A stretch of DNA of 64,000 nucleotides from Lingula anatina (Eukaryota > Animalia > Brachiopoda): the NCBI GenBank assembly GCA_051362555.1, contig CM120646.1, positions 22,258,001 through 22,322,000 on the forward strand, given 5' to 3'. The translations under genes were made by a program, and so were the position numbers. Within the stretch, counting starts at the first letter, position 1. Each line of letters opens with the position of its first letter. Positions 41,648-55,500 of this stretch are shown here, one piece after another. The notes beneath the pieces are model-generated. The model made no database searches, was not told the DNA's origin, and saw nothing but the letters and a program-made list of their open reading frames with translations.

Positions 41648-43095
41648 TAAACACCCATGATTAATATAAAAATATAAACTTAATATTTCTATTTCAAACT
41701 GTAGGCCATAGTAAACAAATTGGATCGAGAAAAGAAAGGCACTCTCAACTTCCTGGACTTTCTTTGTGCAATGCCTGGGAATGTCGATGAAATTCCCAGC
41801 GAGGAGCATAAGTAAGTTATACGATTATTTACGTTGTGCGTATTGAATTATTTTGTTTAGTGACAGGCACCAACAAACTGAAAAGGGCAACATAAAGGCT
41901 TAACATACGGGGGGATAGTAAATTCGCATTTGTGTAAATATATATTTTCTTTATCTACTGTGTATTTAATGATGAAACATCGCGCCTATTAATATTTCCT
42001 GTTTAATTTGTTTTTTTTTCCCAATTAATCGACATTGTGATGAATGCTTTTTCTTCATCTTAGTGGGAGTAAAATATGATATTACTTTGGGTTTTTGCTG
42101 ATGTACATTATGTAATGCGAATACAAACTTTCTCATGTTTTGTTGATCTACAAGTTAAATTCCCTCGTTTTGTAGACGAGCTGCTCTCAGAATACACTTG
42201 AGAGAATTTGACAAAGATGGCACGGGCTTTATTGCTGAAGATGGTAAGAACCGCATGCAATTAGGTTAGCTGTTGTGATCCAAAATTAAAAAAAAGCAAA
42301 ACAATCGTTTGCAAACCAACCGGCTTGTTAGTTATGTTAGTTTAAGCTGCTTTCTCGAGTTCCAAAGTATTTTATATCCGTTAGTGGCTTAGCCTACCTC
42401 GCTTTAACTCATAAATCTTAATATATTAGCCCAAACTTCAGTAAATTATAAGTACCTGGCTTTTTTTCATACCTATTATGCTGATGATAAGTGCAATAAA
42501 ATGTATTCAGTAGACACACTTTTAGATAATAATCCTTCATATTATACATGGGTATAATTGTCATACTTATCATGTGGCTTTTCAAGGTTATTTCTTACTT
42601 TCTGCTCTTCTTGTCTTCTCATTTTCCAGAAGCGCGTGAGGTATTGGACAAAGAGCTAGCATTCCCAGCATACAAACTTGCCGCCTACATGAAGTTTTTC
42701 ATAAAAAATAAGGACGGGAAGATCAACATCAATGAATTCTCAGAATTTTATCAACAAGTCGAAGAAAAGTAAGTTTGCAATTGCAAAAACTCTGTCTTTT
42801 ATTTTTCTGTGGCTGACTGCACACACAACGTTTTTGTACAAGGGCAGTCTATTCTCTTTTTATATCTTTAATATTAACTTATCCTGTCCATTAAGATATA
42901 TTACCTATTCATCAAGAAAATGAGGTCCAAAAGTTGCTTTCCGTTGATCTGTAGTCATAACAATGTTGAGACAATTCATGTTTCTATGTTATGTGTTTGT
43001 TTATTCAGAAAAGGCGAACTTGAGAGAATCTTCAAAGAGTTTGATACCAACGGTGATGGGTTCGTCGATATTCAAGAAGCTCAAGTGGTAAGCTT

Positions 43096-43151
<56 letters not shown>

Positions 43152-43478
43152 ACGGTACAAACGGATTGACAACCTTTTCCCCGGATAACAAAGCATAGCC
43201 AAAGCAAAACTTTATAATCATAATGACAACAATTTATGCGTTTTTCTTGTCAGAAAACTGTTCCAGCTGATGCATTTGGACATTTAACAATACTTGTGCA
43301 TTTAACATAACTCATTTTTTTCAAAAGTAATTTTCTGACTGACTTTACATTCTTCCAGGCGATGAGGCCGTTTGATGTCCCGGATGAGGAGACGGAGAGG
43401 TTGGTGCTGGAGAGCGACAAAGATGGCGACCAGAAGCTCAACTGGACAGAGTTCGTGAACTTTTGGGGGACAGATTAA
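41266..43478 (+). CDS. Six-EF-hand calmodulin-like Ca2+-binding protein, 230 aa; exons 41266-41445, 41705-41811, 42176-42243, 42630-42768, 43009-43087, 43359-43478
   Basis: All five introns are GT..AG with consistent phases (0,2,1,2,0), giving a 693-nt open frame. EF loops: DIKKDGVVSVKE, DREKKGTLNFLD, DKDGTGFIAEDE, IKNKDGKININE, DTNGDGFVDIQE, DKDGDQKLNWTE. AATAAA at 43625-43630; probable upstream non-coding exon ending at a GTAAG donor near 41046. Confidence 0.92.
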
Positions 43479-44479
43479 TGAGGAATCTGATAATATTGTG
43501 GACTGAATCTTCAATTATATATCAGTGTTAGGATATATGGAAAGAAAAGAATCATTGTTATTTAATTTGTTTTTTAAGAAAAAAAGCCATGTTATAATTT
43601 CACTTTGTTGTTACTTAATTATCGAATAAAGAAACTTTTTAGATAGTAAAATATTTCGACACGGTCTTTGTGTATTCTGTTTTGAGTATTGAGGATTTAT
43701 GGGAATCACCATTTTAAACTTTGGATTTTAACAAATTGAGTCTAATTACCAGAGAATAAATAAATGATGAACATATAAAAGCGCAAAGGCTTTTGGCTTA
43801 CATACCTTCGCCATGGCCTATACTGCTTGACGAAGTCGCATGCAATTCGCGCAGTCGATCTATTTAGGTCGCAGTAGACTCAATTTGCCTATATTTTTCA
43901 AAAGTCACTTATTCAAAACAAGTTAAATTTTGTCTAAAACTGATGTTAGAACGCATCATTTGAGACAGCATACAACATAGAACATTATTGTTATTTTGAG
44001 TATTCTCTTTTACCTTATTATTATTCTTTTTTGATAATATTAACTGACAACAAGGAAATCATGAATGTGGCAGTGACAAAATACACGCATTCCTTTATAC
44101 AATCAATTGCAATGCAAGTAAATAATAAACCTGAATAGTATGGATATCTGTTTATTGCGTATTTGAACAAAAATATCAATAGTTATCCAGAACAAATCAT
44201 AATATACATCTTTTCCCATGTAATGGCTTAATATCCCTATGTAAATGGTTCTGACGGTACTTATCACCTATGACGAAAATGTTTTTAAAATAATATATAC
44301 AGATAATGATCCACACAGGTTCGATCTCATCTACATTCCTATCAATATATAAATATTCCAAACTTTGCCTCATGCAGCAGAAGGAATGCTGGAAACCACC
44401 TTTTGAAGGTATACGCTCACCACAAGGAACCTGTTTCAAAATCTCACACCTTTTGCTAAATGTTTTGCCGTCCAGTTTA

Positions 44480-44902
44480 CTACAGGAAACCGTGGAAAAC
44501 CAAAAACGTGATAAACAGTATCCCTATCACAGTTAAGCCACCAAGGCAACCCAGAAGTTTGCAGCAGCAGTTACATGTTATTGGACATTTACATCTGGAA
44601 CGGTTCTCGGATTCGAAATCACTGTCAGTGCTTATATAGGTCACCCCTGACACGGTACAAGAGTCTGGCCCTGTATCCACCGACGACTCCACCTCGTTGT
44701 TCGCCTCCTCTGGTTCCTTCCGGTTCGTTGACGGACTGTCGTTGGAGGAGACGGTGTTTTTTGGCGGAGCACCGGCGACAAACGTCTCTTCGTTTCGACG
44801 TTTCGGGACATGTTTTTGCCTCCAATCGTTTTTATGGGCGTTCTTCTTTTTCCCCTTGTCTCCTTTGTCTCGCTTTAATTTGCCTCTCGCGTCACCCCTC
44901 AT
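44480..44902 (-). CDS. Tail-anchored basic/Cys-rich membrane protein, paralog 1 (140 aa, unrecognised family)
   Basis: ATG at 44902 (CCAAATG); ...KKKNAHKNDWRQKHVPKRRNEE...PDSCTVSG...CKCPITCNCCCKLLGCLGGLTVIGILFITFLVFHGFL*. Protein-level similarity to three other ORFs in the window. Confidence 0.8.
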   Translation of the reverse strand: MRGDARGKLKRDKGDKGKKKNAHKNDWRQKHVPKRRNEETFVAGAPPKNTVSSNDSPSTNRKEPEEANNEVESSVDTGPDSCTVSGVTYISTDSDFESENRSRCKCPITCNCCCKLLGCLGGLTVIGILFITFLVFHGFL

Positions 44903-47900
44903 TTGGACAAACACCTCCTTGACCAGGCAATGAGTTCAGTTTTTTATTGATAATTATTTTATTCCATATATATGTTGCAATTCCGAGTCCTAGGTCATTC
45001 GATATCCTGACTTTATCCGAACCCGTGGACATGACGAACAACAAACGCATTCCATATGCATTAATCGACGTTGTGAGATCAGAATGCTCCCCGAGTTACC
45101 TTGTATCATAACGGGCGTTCAGTCAGTGTAAGATGCCATCGTGCTAGGCGTTAACATCAAACTAGTATAAGAGATGTTATCCTTTAGACACAAACGCGTT
45201 TACTCTTGTCATCGAACCGACACAAGGAGCTAAATGTCATCTTCAAGGTTGTTCTCTTTGTGTTCTGAAAGAAAATATTGCATGTATCTACCTTATATAC
45301 ACCTTTCTTACTATGTAAATAAAAAATACCTAGTATATTTCTTGTTACCAATTTCTAGGGTGCGAGGCGGGTTTTCATGGATTTGGACTAAAGTAAACGC
45401 ATCCATACATGCATTGTTTGATTGACATGTACGTATTTAGACCCTCGTCAAACATTAGGTATTCAGACCATGTGCACTAGTAAGTGCATAGGCAATGTAT
45501 TTGGGCATATAAGCTAAATATACCTCATTATGCCATCTGCAAGCTAATTGTGTTAAGTATATGTATTTTCTGGTAATATAAAGCAACATACAAAGATTAC
45601 AGTATCCCTCGACTACTTACACTTAGTCTACCACAGTAATGAGCGTTCCAGAAATGATTCAACCTTGAGAAATGGTACATATATGAACCACAATATAATC
45701 CCATCACTCACACCGCCAGAAACTACATGAACATGCCAGTCCGTGCACTTGCAATTAATTTATCTGCAAAAATACACGTATTGCTATTCATGTTACGTAT
45801 AGATGTACGTTTCCGGTACTTTTTGTAATATATAACAAATAAAGCAATATAGCAAAAAGCATGCAAGCGATCACATGCACATTTCTGGTGTTACAATGTT
45901 TTTTTTCCAAAAGCGTTATGGTTTTTTAATAGCATTGAAGCTAAATGATGTATTAGTAAAACAGGATGTAAGAAAAGAGAAAGAGAGAGACAGAGAGAGA
46001 GAGAGGAAGAGAGAGAGAGGGAGAGAAAGAGGGAGAGAGATTTAACGTCAAAAATGACAGCTAATGCAACATTAATGGAAATTACAATGAACTCATTAAT
46101 AACAAGAATACTTTACCTACCTACAATCGCCCGTATGTCCAACAGTTTGTTGTACTTGTTTATTTAATCAGGCTAATAGATAGAACGCAGCACCCATGTA
46201 CCTATATCCCAGGAGCAAGTGGCAGTGAAACCACTTGGTAATTACCGCCCGCTGACCTTTGGCATATATAAATACACTGCTCCCAGTGGGTGTGTGTAAG
46301 AACACTTCAGAACCGTTGTCTTCCACTGCGGCTTTATGATAGATCACCTAACAGGTACCCGCTCCACACCGCCGCCCGCTGGTAAATAAATTGTTTGACC
46401 AATTTACTGAAAACACAGCCTGAGTGTAGTTTATTTAAAAGGCCAAAGGGTTGATGGTTTTTTACGATGTAAAGTAAACCGGTTTATATTTATTTTGATT
46501 GTGCTATACGAACTATGTATAGAGAATCTATAAAGTGTTTATTAGCAGGACGTATCTCTGTGTTATCCTCACCTTTCGGCCTGTAAAGTTGAACAGGAAA
46601 TGTTAGGCATTTTTCCCACATACGTAACTTTATATATATGGATATTTCAACGCAAAGTTTTTTAGCAAGTTGTACTTGGATTTCGTTTTACGAGTCAATG
46701 ATGCAGGCTACAAATTGTCATATGGTTTTATGCCTGAACAGGGTGAAACTAAAAATCATACTGCCAAATATTATAGAATGATATAACATTAATTTTTATT
46801 TTACGCGTTTACAGATACACGGTGTAAAAGGCACTGCGTTCGTTCATACCTCAGTGCTGCCCCCTATACTGCTGAACGCATCTGACACAATGTCCACGAA
46901 TTCCAACTCATAACACCCAATATCAACCGGCGTTAAACCTATTTTCCATAAAGTGAGGTTATAACTTGGTTTTCTAGCATACAGAAGGGTAACTAGGGTG
47001 CGTTTGCGGTTATAAAGACTGATTGAGACAAAAACTAATTTTGTAAACCGTATAACTGATGAAAACGTTCACCATGTATATTAGAACTGTTTGAAAACTT
47101 AACACTCCAATGTGATCTGAAGGATATTTACCGTTATTCTTGACTCTTATGAGCCTTTCTTCATGATTCAAATTTTTTTCGACTAAGGTAGCACCACTGT
47201 AGTAGCTATGACATATTCATGGTAATAAATAGCATATTTTACTTTATTATTATACAAAAAATACTACCTTTATCTCCACTTTCGGCAATAATGTATAGGT
47301 TGCCAATCGATGTTCCGTAGGTACGCGTAACTTGGACTCCTATCTGAGAAGTTATGTTAATAAAGCCTGTTGCTGCATTATCGACGTGTTGCACTGTTGA
47401 ACTGACATGTTTCATTTATCATTTTGTCTCTTTGAGGGCAGTAAATGCCACCCGCTTATCGGCAACATTACAATGTTTCTAGATATCCTCTTGTCTTTAT
47501 TGGCATTTCTCCTTTACCGAGTTTCTTCGTTTTTTAAATACAATTTTGGCCTCCCTGAGATCTGACTCTACGTATCCATATACGCAATACTATCATTGTA
47601 TTGCCATGTCTGAGTTTGGCTCTTGGTGCATTTGATCGCTGATGGAATCCTTTAATGGTGCTCCAACGTGGAATTTATTCAGGTGCCAAGTTCACGTTTT
47701 TTCGTACACACACATTAACACGAGCTACTGCTAGCAATATCCAGATAGGTATTTCGCACGTTCGGTTACATGTTCCACAGAGCTGTTTTTTTTTTTTTTT
47801 TAAGTATGATATACTGCGAACTACGTATAACCGCGCGATAAACTGTACGTTCAGTAGATATTCAACAATTTCATATTAATCATTTCTACAACCAACTATA

Positions 47901-47966
47901 CATTGCATTCACTTTCATCTACGAGTAGACTGAATTAAATTCCACACAAGATTAACTTGGTATGCG

Positions 47967-48512
47967 TCACAAAATATCCCTCCAGTACAAAAACATCAGG
48001 AATAAAATCCCTACGACCGAAAGCCCTCCAATACAACCAAGTATTTTAAAACACGCGTTGCACGTCAACGGTGCTTTACATTTCTCCTGTCTTTGGTCGT
48101 CAGGGCTGTCTGAAGACGACGTGTCAGATAACCCCGATACTGTGCACGTGTCTGGCTCTAAATTGACTGACAGTTGTGACACGCTGCTTCCTTTGTCCTT
48201 TGACAGGGTGATTGTAGGTATATCTAACATGCTACGAGTGATAGATCCCCCACCGTTGAGAACTGACTTGGATCCCAGCATTGTGGGACTTTTCAGTGAC
48301 TTAGTTAAAGATAGCGCACCAGGGACGTACAGACTTAGTGTGGACGCAGAGCGAAGGTGAAGTTTTTCCTCAAAGCGACGCCTCAGGATTTGACTCTGGA
48401 CATGTTTCCAGTTGCCTTTTTCAGCAGCCCGTCTCTTTTCTCTCTCAATTCTCTCTAGTCTCTCCGTCTTTGTCCTATCCCGCCTCGTCCTTGGCTTGTC
48501 GTTATCCTTCAT
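47967..48512 (-). CDS. Tail-anchored basic/Cys-rich membrane protein, paralog 2 (181 aa)
   Basis: ATG context CCAAATG; ...EKRRAAEKGNWKHVQSQILRRRFEE...PDTCTVSG...KCKAPLTCNACFKILGCIGGLSVVGILFLMFLYWRDIL*. Confidence 0.85.
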   Translation of the reverse strand: MKDNDKPRTRRDRTKTERLERIEREKRRAAEKGNWKHVQSQILRRRFEEKLHLRSASTLSLYVPGALSLTKSLKSPTMLGSKSVLNGGGSITRSMLDIPTITLSKDKGSSVSQLSVNLEPDTCTVSGLSDTSSSDSPDDQRQEKCKAPLTCNACFKILGCIGGLSVVGILFLMFLYWRDIL

Positions 48513-48970
48513 TTGGCTCTAATAAGCCATTGTATTTAATTTTAATTTTAACTTATGAAGTGAAATGAGTACTCCTATATATATGTAGGCTTTGTAGGTT
48601 TCCTTTGGTTGTCCTGTTGTAATCCTTCATTGGGCTGTAAGAAGTCTTTACGTCTGAACTGGAATGAAAGATCATGGAGTGAGAGAATACGTGTAACTAC
48701 AAGGCGTGCAATGTACAGTCTTTTTAAAAACACTTTAATATGGGGCCATGCCATGATAGTAAATGTAATTTTCCTTGTGGAAAAACAACTTATTAAGTTT
48801 CGATGGTTTCCAAATGTGACCGATATCTTACAATAAAGTTATTATATGTAGCTACTCATATTCGTAGTTCATAAATGATGATACAAAATAAGTGACGTAT
48901 AATGTATATGGGCATGCATATGCTTACGCGAAAAATGTATTCCCATCTATCTAAAATAAGTCAGTGTGTA

Positions 48971-49187
48971 AGGGTCTATTCCCACAACTTTAGATCGATC
49001 TATCACCGCGGGGAGTCTCACTAGATTACTGTCAGATAATCCCCCTTAAGTGTCCGTCCCCGCCTACTACAAGCTATAAGGGGTAATTAACTTTCGTGTC
49101 CGCCCGGCTGACAGCTATTTAGCGTGAACCCCCAGGGAGTTAGGTCGATCTAAAGTAGGTCGATCTAATCTATGGAAATGGGGTGTT
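48971..49187. mobile_element. Degenerate MITE (Harbinger-like)
   Basis: GGGTCTATTCCCACAACTTTAGATCGATCTA versus TAGGTCGATCTAATCTATGGAAATGGGGTG imperfect inverted ends; TAA/TTA flanks. Confidence 0.45.
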
Positions 49188-50237
49188 AGACTGTCTGCTT
49201 TCATTTCTGTGCTCAATATTACATGACTGTGCATGTGTGTATCAAAGTAATGTATTGCAAAAAGAAAAAAGATAAACAGAAAGACACAATTATAATAAAA
49301 ATAAACGCAATAAGGAGGTACAAAATACTAACAAAGACACAAATAAGACATATCTCACCACAGCACTGCAGGATGTCTTTCTTCCAACTCCAGCACCTAA
49401 ATTACCAGCTTGAAAGAAAAAAATGCACGTTGTTAAGCGGCAAGTGTTAGTATGCTCACTTACTAATTGCAACCTTTTGACCGTCAGGGAGTATTCCTGG
49501 GAAACGGTTGCTCGTAAATTACGGGTAGCGTCAGGATCGGAAACATGTGTTCTCTTTCCGATCAAAGGAAACAAGGTGATTAATCTTCAATTTCCTAAGT
49601 GTCTGTTTGCTTAAGAAAAGATGACAGTTTCAGGGAGCGTGTCTCTGTTTTTTATTTATTTATTTTCAATATTCTCGGGTATTAAAAACGCATATATTCT
49701 CTCAAACTATCATAGCGTATTTACAATAAACAATCACACATTTCAATTAAAATGACAGTATTACAATCAGCGCAGGTCAGTGTGTGGCATAACGCACTTA
49801 ATGTTACATAACACGTGTAAGAAACAAATACCTCTGTAAACGAAGATATTTTTCGTACTTTTCTTATTATTAACAGGCAGTATCCCGACTTTGCGGAATT
49901 TTTGCCGAAGCTCTCAAGTTTCAGTTCATTCTTCCTGTGAATTCAATCTAAAGTCTTTACTAACCGTCGGAATAGAATAGAATATATCATGTATGCAATG
50001 GAATTAATCTAGAAAACAAAATTATCGAATTGATAAAACATCAAAACGAGTCCACGATTAAAAACTCCAGGTGGTTTATAAAAGACAGCCAGGCTCTCTT
50101 AATATAAATAGTATAATGATTATATTAATGATTTAAATAAATATCTGAAATAACATGCTGAAACGTGTTTATATAGAAATAAGCTGTGTACTGGGATTCG
50201 CGGTACTTACTTTGAATAACTTGTGTTGCGTTTAGTG

Positions 50238-50405
50238 AGTGTGTTTTATCATGTGAGTGCGTGGACACGTGTGTTTTATCATGTGAGTGCGTGGACACGT
50301 GTGTGTTTTATCATGTGAGTGCGTGGACACGTGTGTGTTTTATCATGTGAGTGCGTGGACACGTGTGTGTTTTATCATGTGAGTGCGTGGACACGTGTGT
50401 GTTTC
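50238..50405. repeat. Minisatellite, 31-33-bp unit x ~5
   Basis: GTGT(GT)TTTATCATGTGAGTGCGTGGACAC repeated in tandem. Confidence 0.95.
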
Positions 50406-52120
50406 ATACTTGTGTGTGTGCGTGTGTGTGAACGTTTGTATTTGCACATGTGCTTTGTGTTATTTTCCATAAGTGTTCATCAAAGCGGTACATCATTCTT
50501 CTTTAGATGCACTAAATATACTAACTGCACTGTTCCAGGTGCGTAACACTATCAACGTGAAAGTACTGTAGCAGTATATTGCTTGACACCTGTTACGCAG
50601 TGGATGTATTGTTCTATAATTGTACTAGGAGAGAGTATAGCTCGTATTTCTAGCGCAGCCTACCGTGAATGCTGTACATTCCTATTAATTGCTGAACAGC
50701 ATAAGGCGGTTTTGTGCGGACATAGCAGCAAATTGAACTGCTGATTTTGGAACATGTAGGTCCAAGTTACTAAAAAAACGCCCATTTCTTTGCAAAGTAT
50801 TGTATACAGCACTTTGGTCATGTATGGTTTGTGATTAACAGACTGGATAATAAGCAGTTTTCATTAATAGCGTCACCTTTTTATAAAAGAAACCAATACA
50901 TACCCGTTTTTAGCAGCTACGGCGATATCAGCCATTTGATCGTCATCTGATAATTTTTCCTAAACTGATTCTCAAGAATGCTAATTGACAGGTCTTATCT
51001 CTTATGTGTACCATCCAATAGAACGGAATTAATTCACGGCTATTGCCCGGTTTCCAATGCGTTGTGTTTGCCACTTATGTATTTCTATATCTAGGACAAA
51101 ATTCCCTACGCATAGAGTTTCACCACTATCTTTAAAAGAACCACTGCAGGCGAGCTGATGCTTTTTTTTTTTTTTTCTTTTTCTTTTTTTTTTTTTTTGT
51201 CTCGCGTGACGTCACTCACATTAGTTCCTATAGATAAGTGTGCATACTATCAATTCTCTGTTACAAAGGGTGTCAATCTTTGTTACATGTAGCCTGCAGT
51301 ATATTTTATGTATATATTATACATAATACTTTGTCTCCTTAAACGTGGCAGGTACCATACAGAAATAAAATATTTGCATCGGATTTCATAAACGTTTATT
51401 TTCCCCAGCAGCCTCATTTCATGTTTGTACATAACGGCATTCGAGAATAATTACAGATAAAGCGCCACAAAACACGTCTTCACTCCATGGATGTACCTAT
51501 CTAACGCAATGCAAGGTGTCACGAGAGTGTCTCACCTAACACATCGTTACCAAGCGAACGCCACTGTCCACACTAGTCAGGTAGTTTAGCATGTATTTTA
51601 CCATTAATTTAAAAAAGATAACAGACGCTGTTTTACATGCTACCGTATCCGTTATAAAACGATTAAGGGTTCTCAAACACGCACATTAAGGTTCTTTCAG
51701 ACATGAGATGTGTGTCGGGTAGCTCAGTAAGCAATAAAGGCACACCTGGGCACATATAGGTAACGTTTAAGACAAATTACTCCAAATCTCGTGGGTGTCA
51801 TTTTTATTATAAGTAAGTGTGGGCATTTCAAACAATTTCAATGGTGTGATATTTTAGTATCACCTTTGTTTATTGAAAATAGCAAATAATGCATTAAAAT
51901 CGCATATCACAATTAACCGTTGTCCATTTAAAAGTCTGACAAGAAAATGCAGGAAACTCGGCGAAAATTAGATTTTGATATGCGGTAGGTATCCATTCAT
52001 CATCTAGTATGGTGTATTATTCATTTGATTTCCGGATTAATAAAGCTCAGATTGCTTAAAAATTACTCTGTAGGTAAAATACTAGTACCACTATTCGGAC
52101 GCACATATCAGAGGTGGGTC

Positions 52121-52348
52121 GACGCTTTTCTGAATGCACGATCTATCTCTACGGGGGCCGTATTATTGAGTTAAGCACACCGTAGGCAGCTAATGCAATC
52201 CCTCCGCTCCCCCGCCTACCACCACCGAGTATGGTACACAGCTAACCTCGGTGATTCTTGGAGGACAGGGAGGTCACATATCCTGCCTACGGTGTACGTG
52301 CCTTCATCAGACCCGCCGTAGACCCGAGTCGTATAGAGATGAGTCGTC
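52121..52348. repeat. Imperfect foldback (long inverted repeat)
   Basis: ACACCGTAGGCAG pairs with CTGCCTACGGTGT and CTACGG with CCGTAG; further pairing on both sides. Confidence 0.6.
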
Positions 52349-52545
52349 CTTACCATTATGTAAACACGGTTTCAGATGCACCGTGCTCATTTCATCTTGA
52401 TTTCATTCACACGATAATCAATGTGCATATATTCGAATTTTATATTGCTTTTGTGTACTCAAAACATGTGTGACGTTTTGTAATTTATGTTTGACTCCAA
52501 GTGGCAGTGAGAGCGCTGTAGTCCCAGTAAACACAGAATAGCCTT

Positions 52546-52578
<33 letters not shown>

Positions 52579-55500
52579 TAAAGTTATGATAGTGTCCTGT
52601 GTTTGCTGGTGTAAGACTGTTGGGTCGGGCCTATGTCAGGTTCATACTAAGTTGGAATCCATGAGCAGGTATTCTGCTACTTGGGTATACTGAGTACGTT
52701 CAGCTTTGCCGCCGCATCCTCTTTGTGTGTGTAAAGTAGCTACAACTGCCAAGAAAACATCTCATTTTTAAGCGGCTAACACAAATGATAATAGTGTTTG
52801 CCAATGTCTGTCCTTAAATATAACAGTTGACCAACTCAAACGCCCACTTCCGTAGTCTTCGGAGCTATGGTGTTCACGGAAACATCCGCAGTAAACTGGT
52901 GCCTAGCTGATAATGAACCAACCTTTGCCACAATATAAGCGCTGTGTAATATAGCTATAATTCATCAGTCATGGGCATGTTTATATAACAATGGTATGAT
53001 ATCATTAGGGGAACGGTGCCATGCAAAAAGTACACGTATATTATAGTTGCAGATATTGTGTTTCTTAGATCTCGAGTCAATATAGTATCGAAAGGTAAGG
53101 CATTGGTTCTTGTCCGTTACGTGATGTGAAATTTATCAGTATACCAATTTTCATTTTTAATGACAAAATTTCTCTTCTTGGTCGCAACAACATTGTGAAT
53201 GTTGGATAAAGTAACGTGTGGGAATGTGACTTGACAACACTTAAAAGAATCGCTGACTATAGTTATCTTGCGTAGGATATTCCATATTGCCCGCTGGAGT
53301 CATTTGTCACAATTTTACATACATTCAAGGTGAGTGTTTTGCTGTTGAGAGATAAGAAAAGAGCACTTTGTACATAAAATGTTGCGTGGAAAATTAATGG
53401 AGTCTGTGGAAGCAATTCTGGTTGGATTTCTCATACTGGAAAGCAATGTGTTTAGCCTTGGAAAAAAGCATATCCGAACGCTCACTGAAACATTTGCTTC
53501 CAGTGCGTATTAAAAAGGCAATGTTACTATTGATGAACCTCACGCCATGTTCAATTTTACAGGGATGGTTTGATATGAACTGCCAGAGGCGAGAATTTAA
53601 ACCCTGGCGCATTTTAGTCTATTTATATCAAAGGCAAAAAAAGGAAAGAGTAATAATTACATATAGCATTATTTGTAATACATCTGGTTGGTGTAATTTA
53701 TTGTGTGAACACTTTAGGAGAAATATATAACAAGAAACATATATAATGTAATTGTCAAACTGTCTTCATATATCTGCAGAATTTATTCTAAAAAATATTC
53801 CCTGGTTCGGTGTTTAAGACCTCCTGTTAAATTAAAGAAATTGTGGAAATCATAAAAAATTGCAAATTAGATGCCAAGGATTGTATCCCATAGTCAGACA
53901 CGTGTACACTCTTACAGAATAAGAAACTAAACAGATAGCAAGTAGGATCATCTTTGGCTGTTCTTTTGCCTCTTAAGTGGTTTTTTCTTTGATGGTATGC
54001 CTCCCACTTTAATTAAAACAAGTGCTGTCAATTAAACTCAAGAAGAGGAGATATTTCACGAGCCTTCCTCTTGACTCAAGCTTGAACAAAGTTCTTTTGA
54101 TGTGAGATTTTGTGTACCGACAACAAACGGCAACTCGTGTTTTTTTTTACCCCTTTCTACTTCTCTTGATTCGTTTTGTCACTGCTATAGACTATTTAAT
54201 TTATTTCGCTATTTATCTCATTTCATAATATTTCATACTTTCAGAATGAATATATGTATTTTAAAAATAAGTTACAAGTGTTATTGTAGATGACAAGGCT
54301 GTGTCCATTACTTGGGCAGGAACATTTGAATAACTAAAGGGACTGGATTACAGATCACCAAGCTCGTATTAGAAGATATGGCAGAAGTCTTTTTTCACGT
54401 GAGTGTAACCCAGATATGTAAGTAACTGTGTTCTGATAATCTCAATTTTGATTTATTTCATAACTGGAATAGAATTTGACATTCACTTTGCCAAATGGCA
54501 AACGCATTTGTGAAAAATAAGGTCACGCTTTTGTTGCTTAATGTAGAGATGCCTGGCTCCAATCCATGAAAGGTAATTAACGAAATGTCTCTTCCTCAGT
54601 CCCACTCACCGTTAAAAACGAATTAAAATATCACCGATGAATTTCTTCGTTTATTTTCATATCACTTGCCACGATCAAAGATCACTTAAGACCATCTGTG
54701 TAAACTGAACTGTGCCTGCGTATTGTTTATTAAAGAGACCCAGGTGGTCCATGGCATGGATGCTAAACGGTATGTCACGGACTGTGGAGAGGTGCTAGGT
54801 TTATCTCTAGGACGAACATCAGCGCCTGTTGGTAATGTGTTAACACTTCACCGTTTGAGTCTCGCGCATGGGTGAGCGTGATACGTCGAAATTCGAGAAA
54901 CGCAAAGACACAGAGCCTACAAGTGGAGGGGAACGCTTGGTAGACGCTGGAAGAGCCTGTGCTGGATAATATTTTAGATATATGAAGACAGATTGATAGC
55001 ACCCTGACTGAGATGGCTACTTTATTTACGTTTCGAGTTTTAAGAAGCCATTTTGTGAAGCCGTAGACGCGTGTTGCATTCCGTAAACGCCATCGCTTCA
55101 CTGAAATCCCCGATTCGGACGCGCATCTGCCTCTTGTAATTTATTTGAGTGATAATGTTTTCGTAGACAAGAAAATCCTTCGAAATGTAAACTGTTGAGT
55201 CACTCCGTCCAGGTTTCTAGCCGTCAGCGCCTCTTGTAGCACACTCACACGACGCTGTGTCGAGCAATTTCCCTGCACGCCATATAGCCTCAACATATTG
55301 TTTCCTTTTATTCTGCATATTCAGAAAACGCCAACAGCCATCTGCTTGAAATCTCATTAGCCTCTCCGCCAGAACTGCAGTAAATATCAATAAACTTGCC
55401 ATCCACCTGGGCATGTTCGGAGTGTGCATTACAGGAAATATCATAGTAAACCAACCCCTTGGGTCATTATTCATGGTATTTATTTGGCTAAGGAGTCCTA

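Noticed and set aside
46190-46400. GC-richer segment resembling a SINE or LTR fragment
   Set aside because: No A/B boxes, TSD or second copy could be identified in this window.
44575-48568. Plus-strand ORFs overlapping paralogs 1 and 2
   Set aside because: Antisense shadows; conservation among paralogs is only in the minus-strand frame.
50238-50405. Regular ~32-bp repeats resembling a CRISPR array
   Set aside because: Units are directly tandem with no unique spacers, there are no cas genes and the context is eukaryotic; it is a minisatellite.
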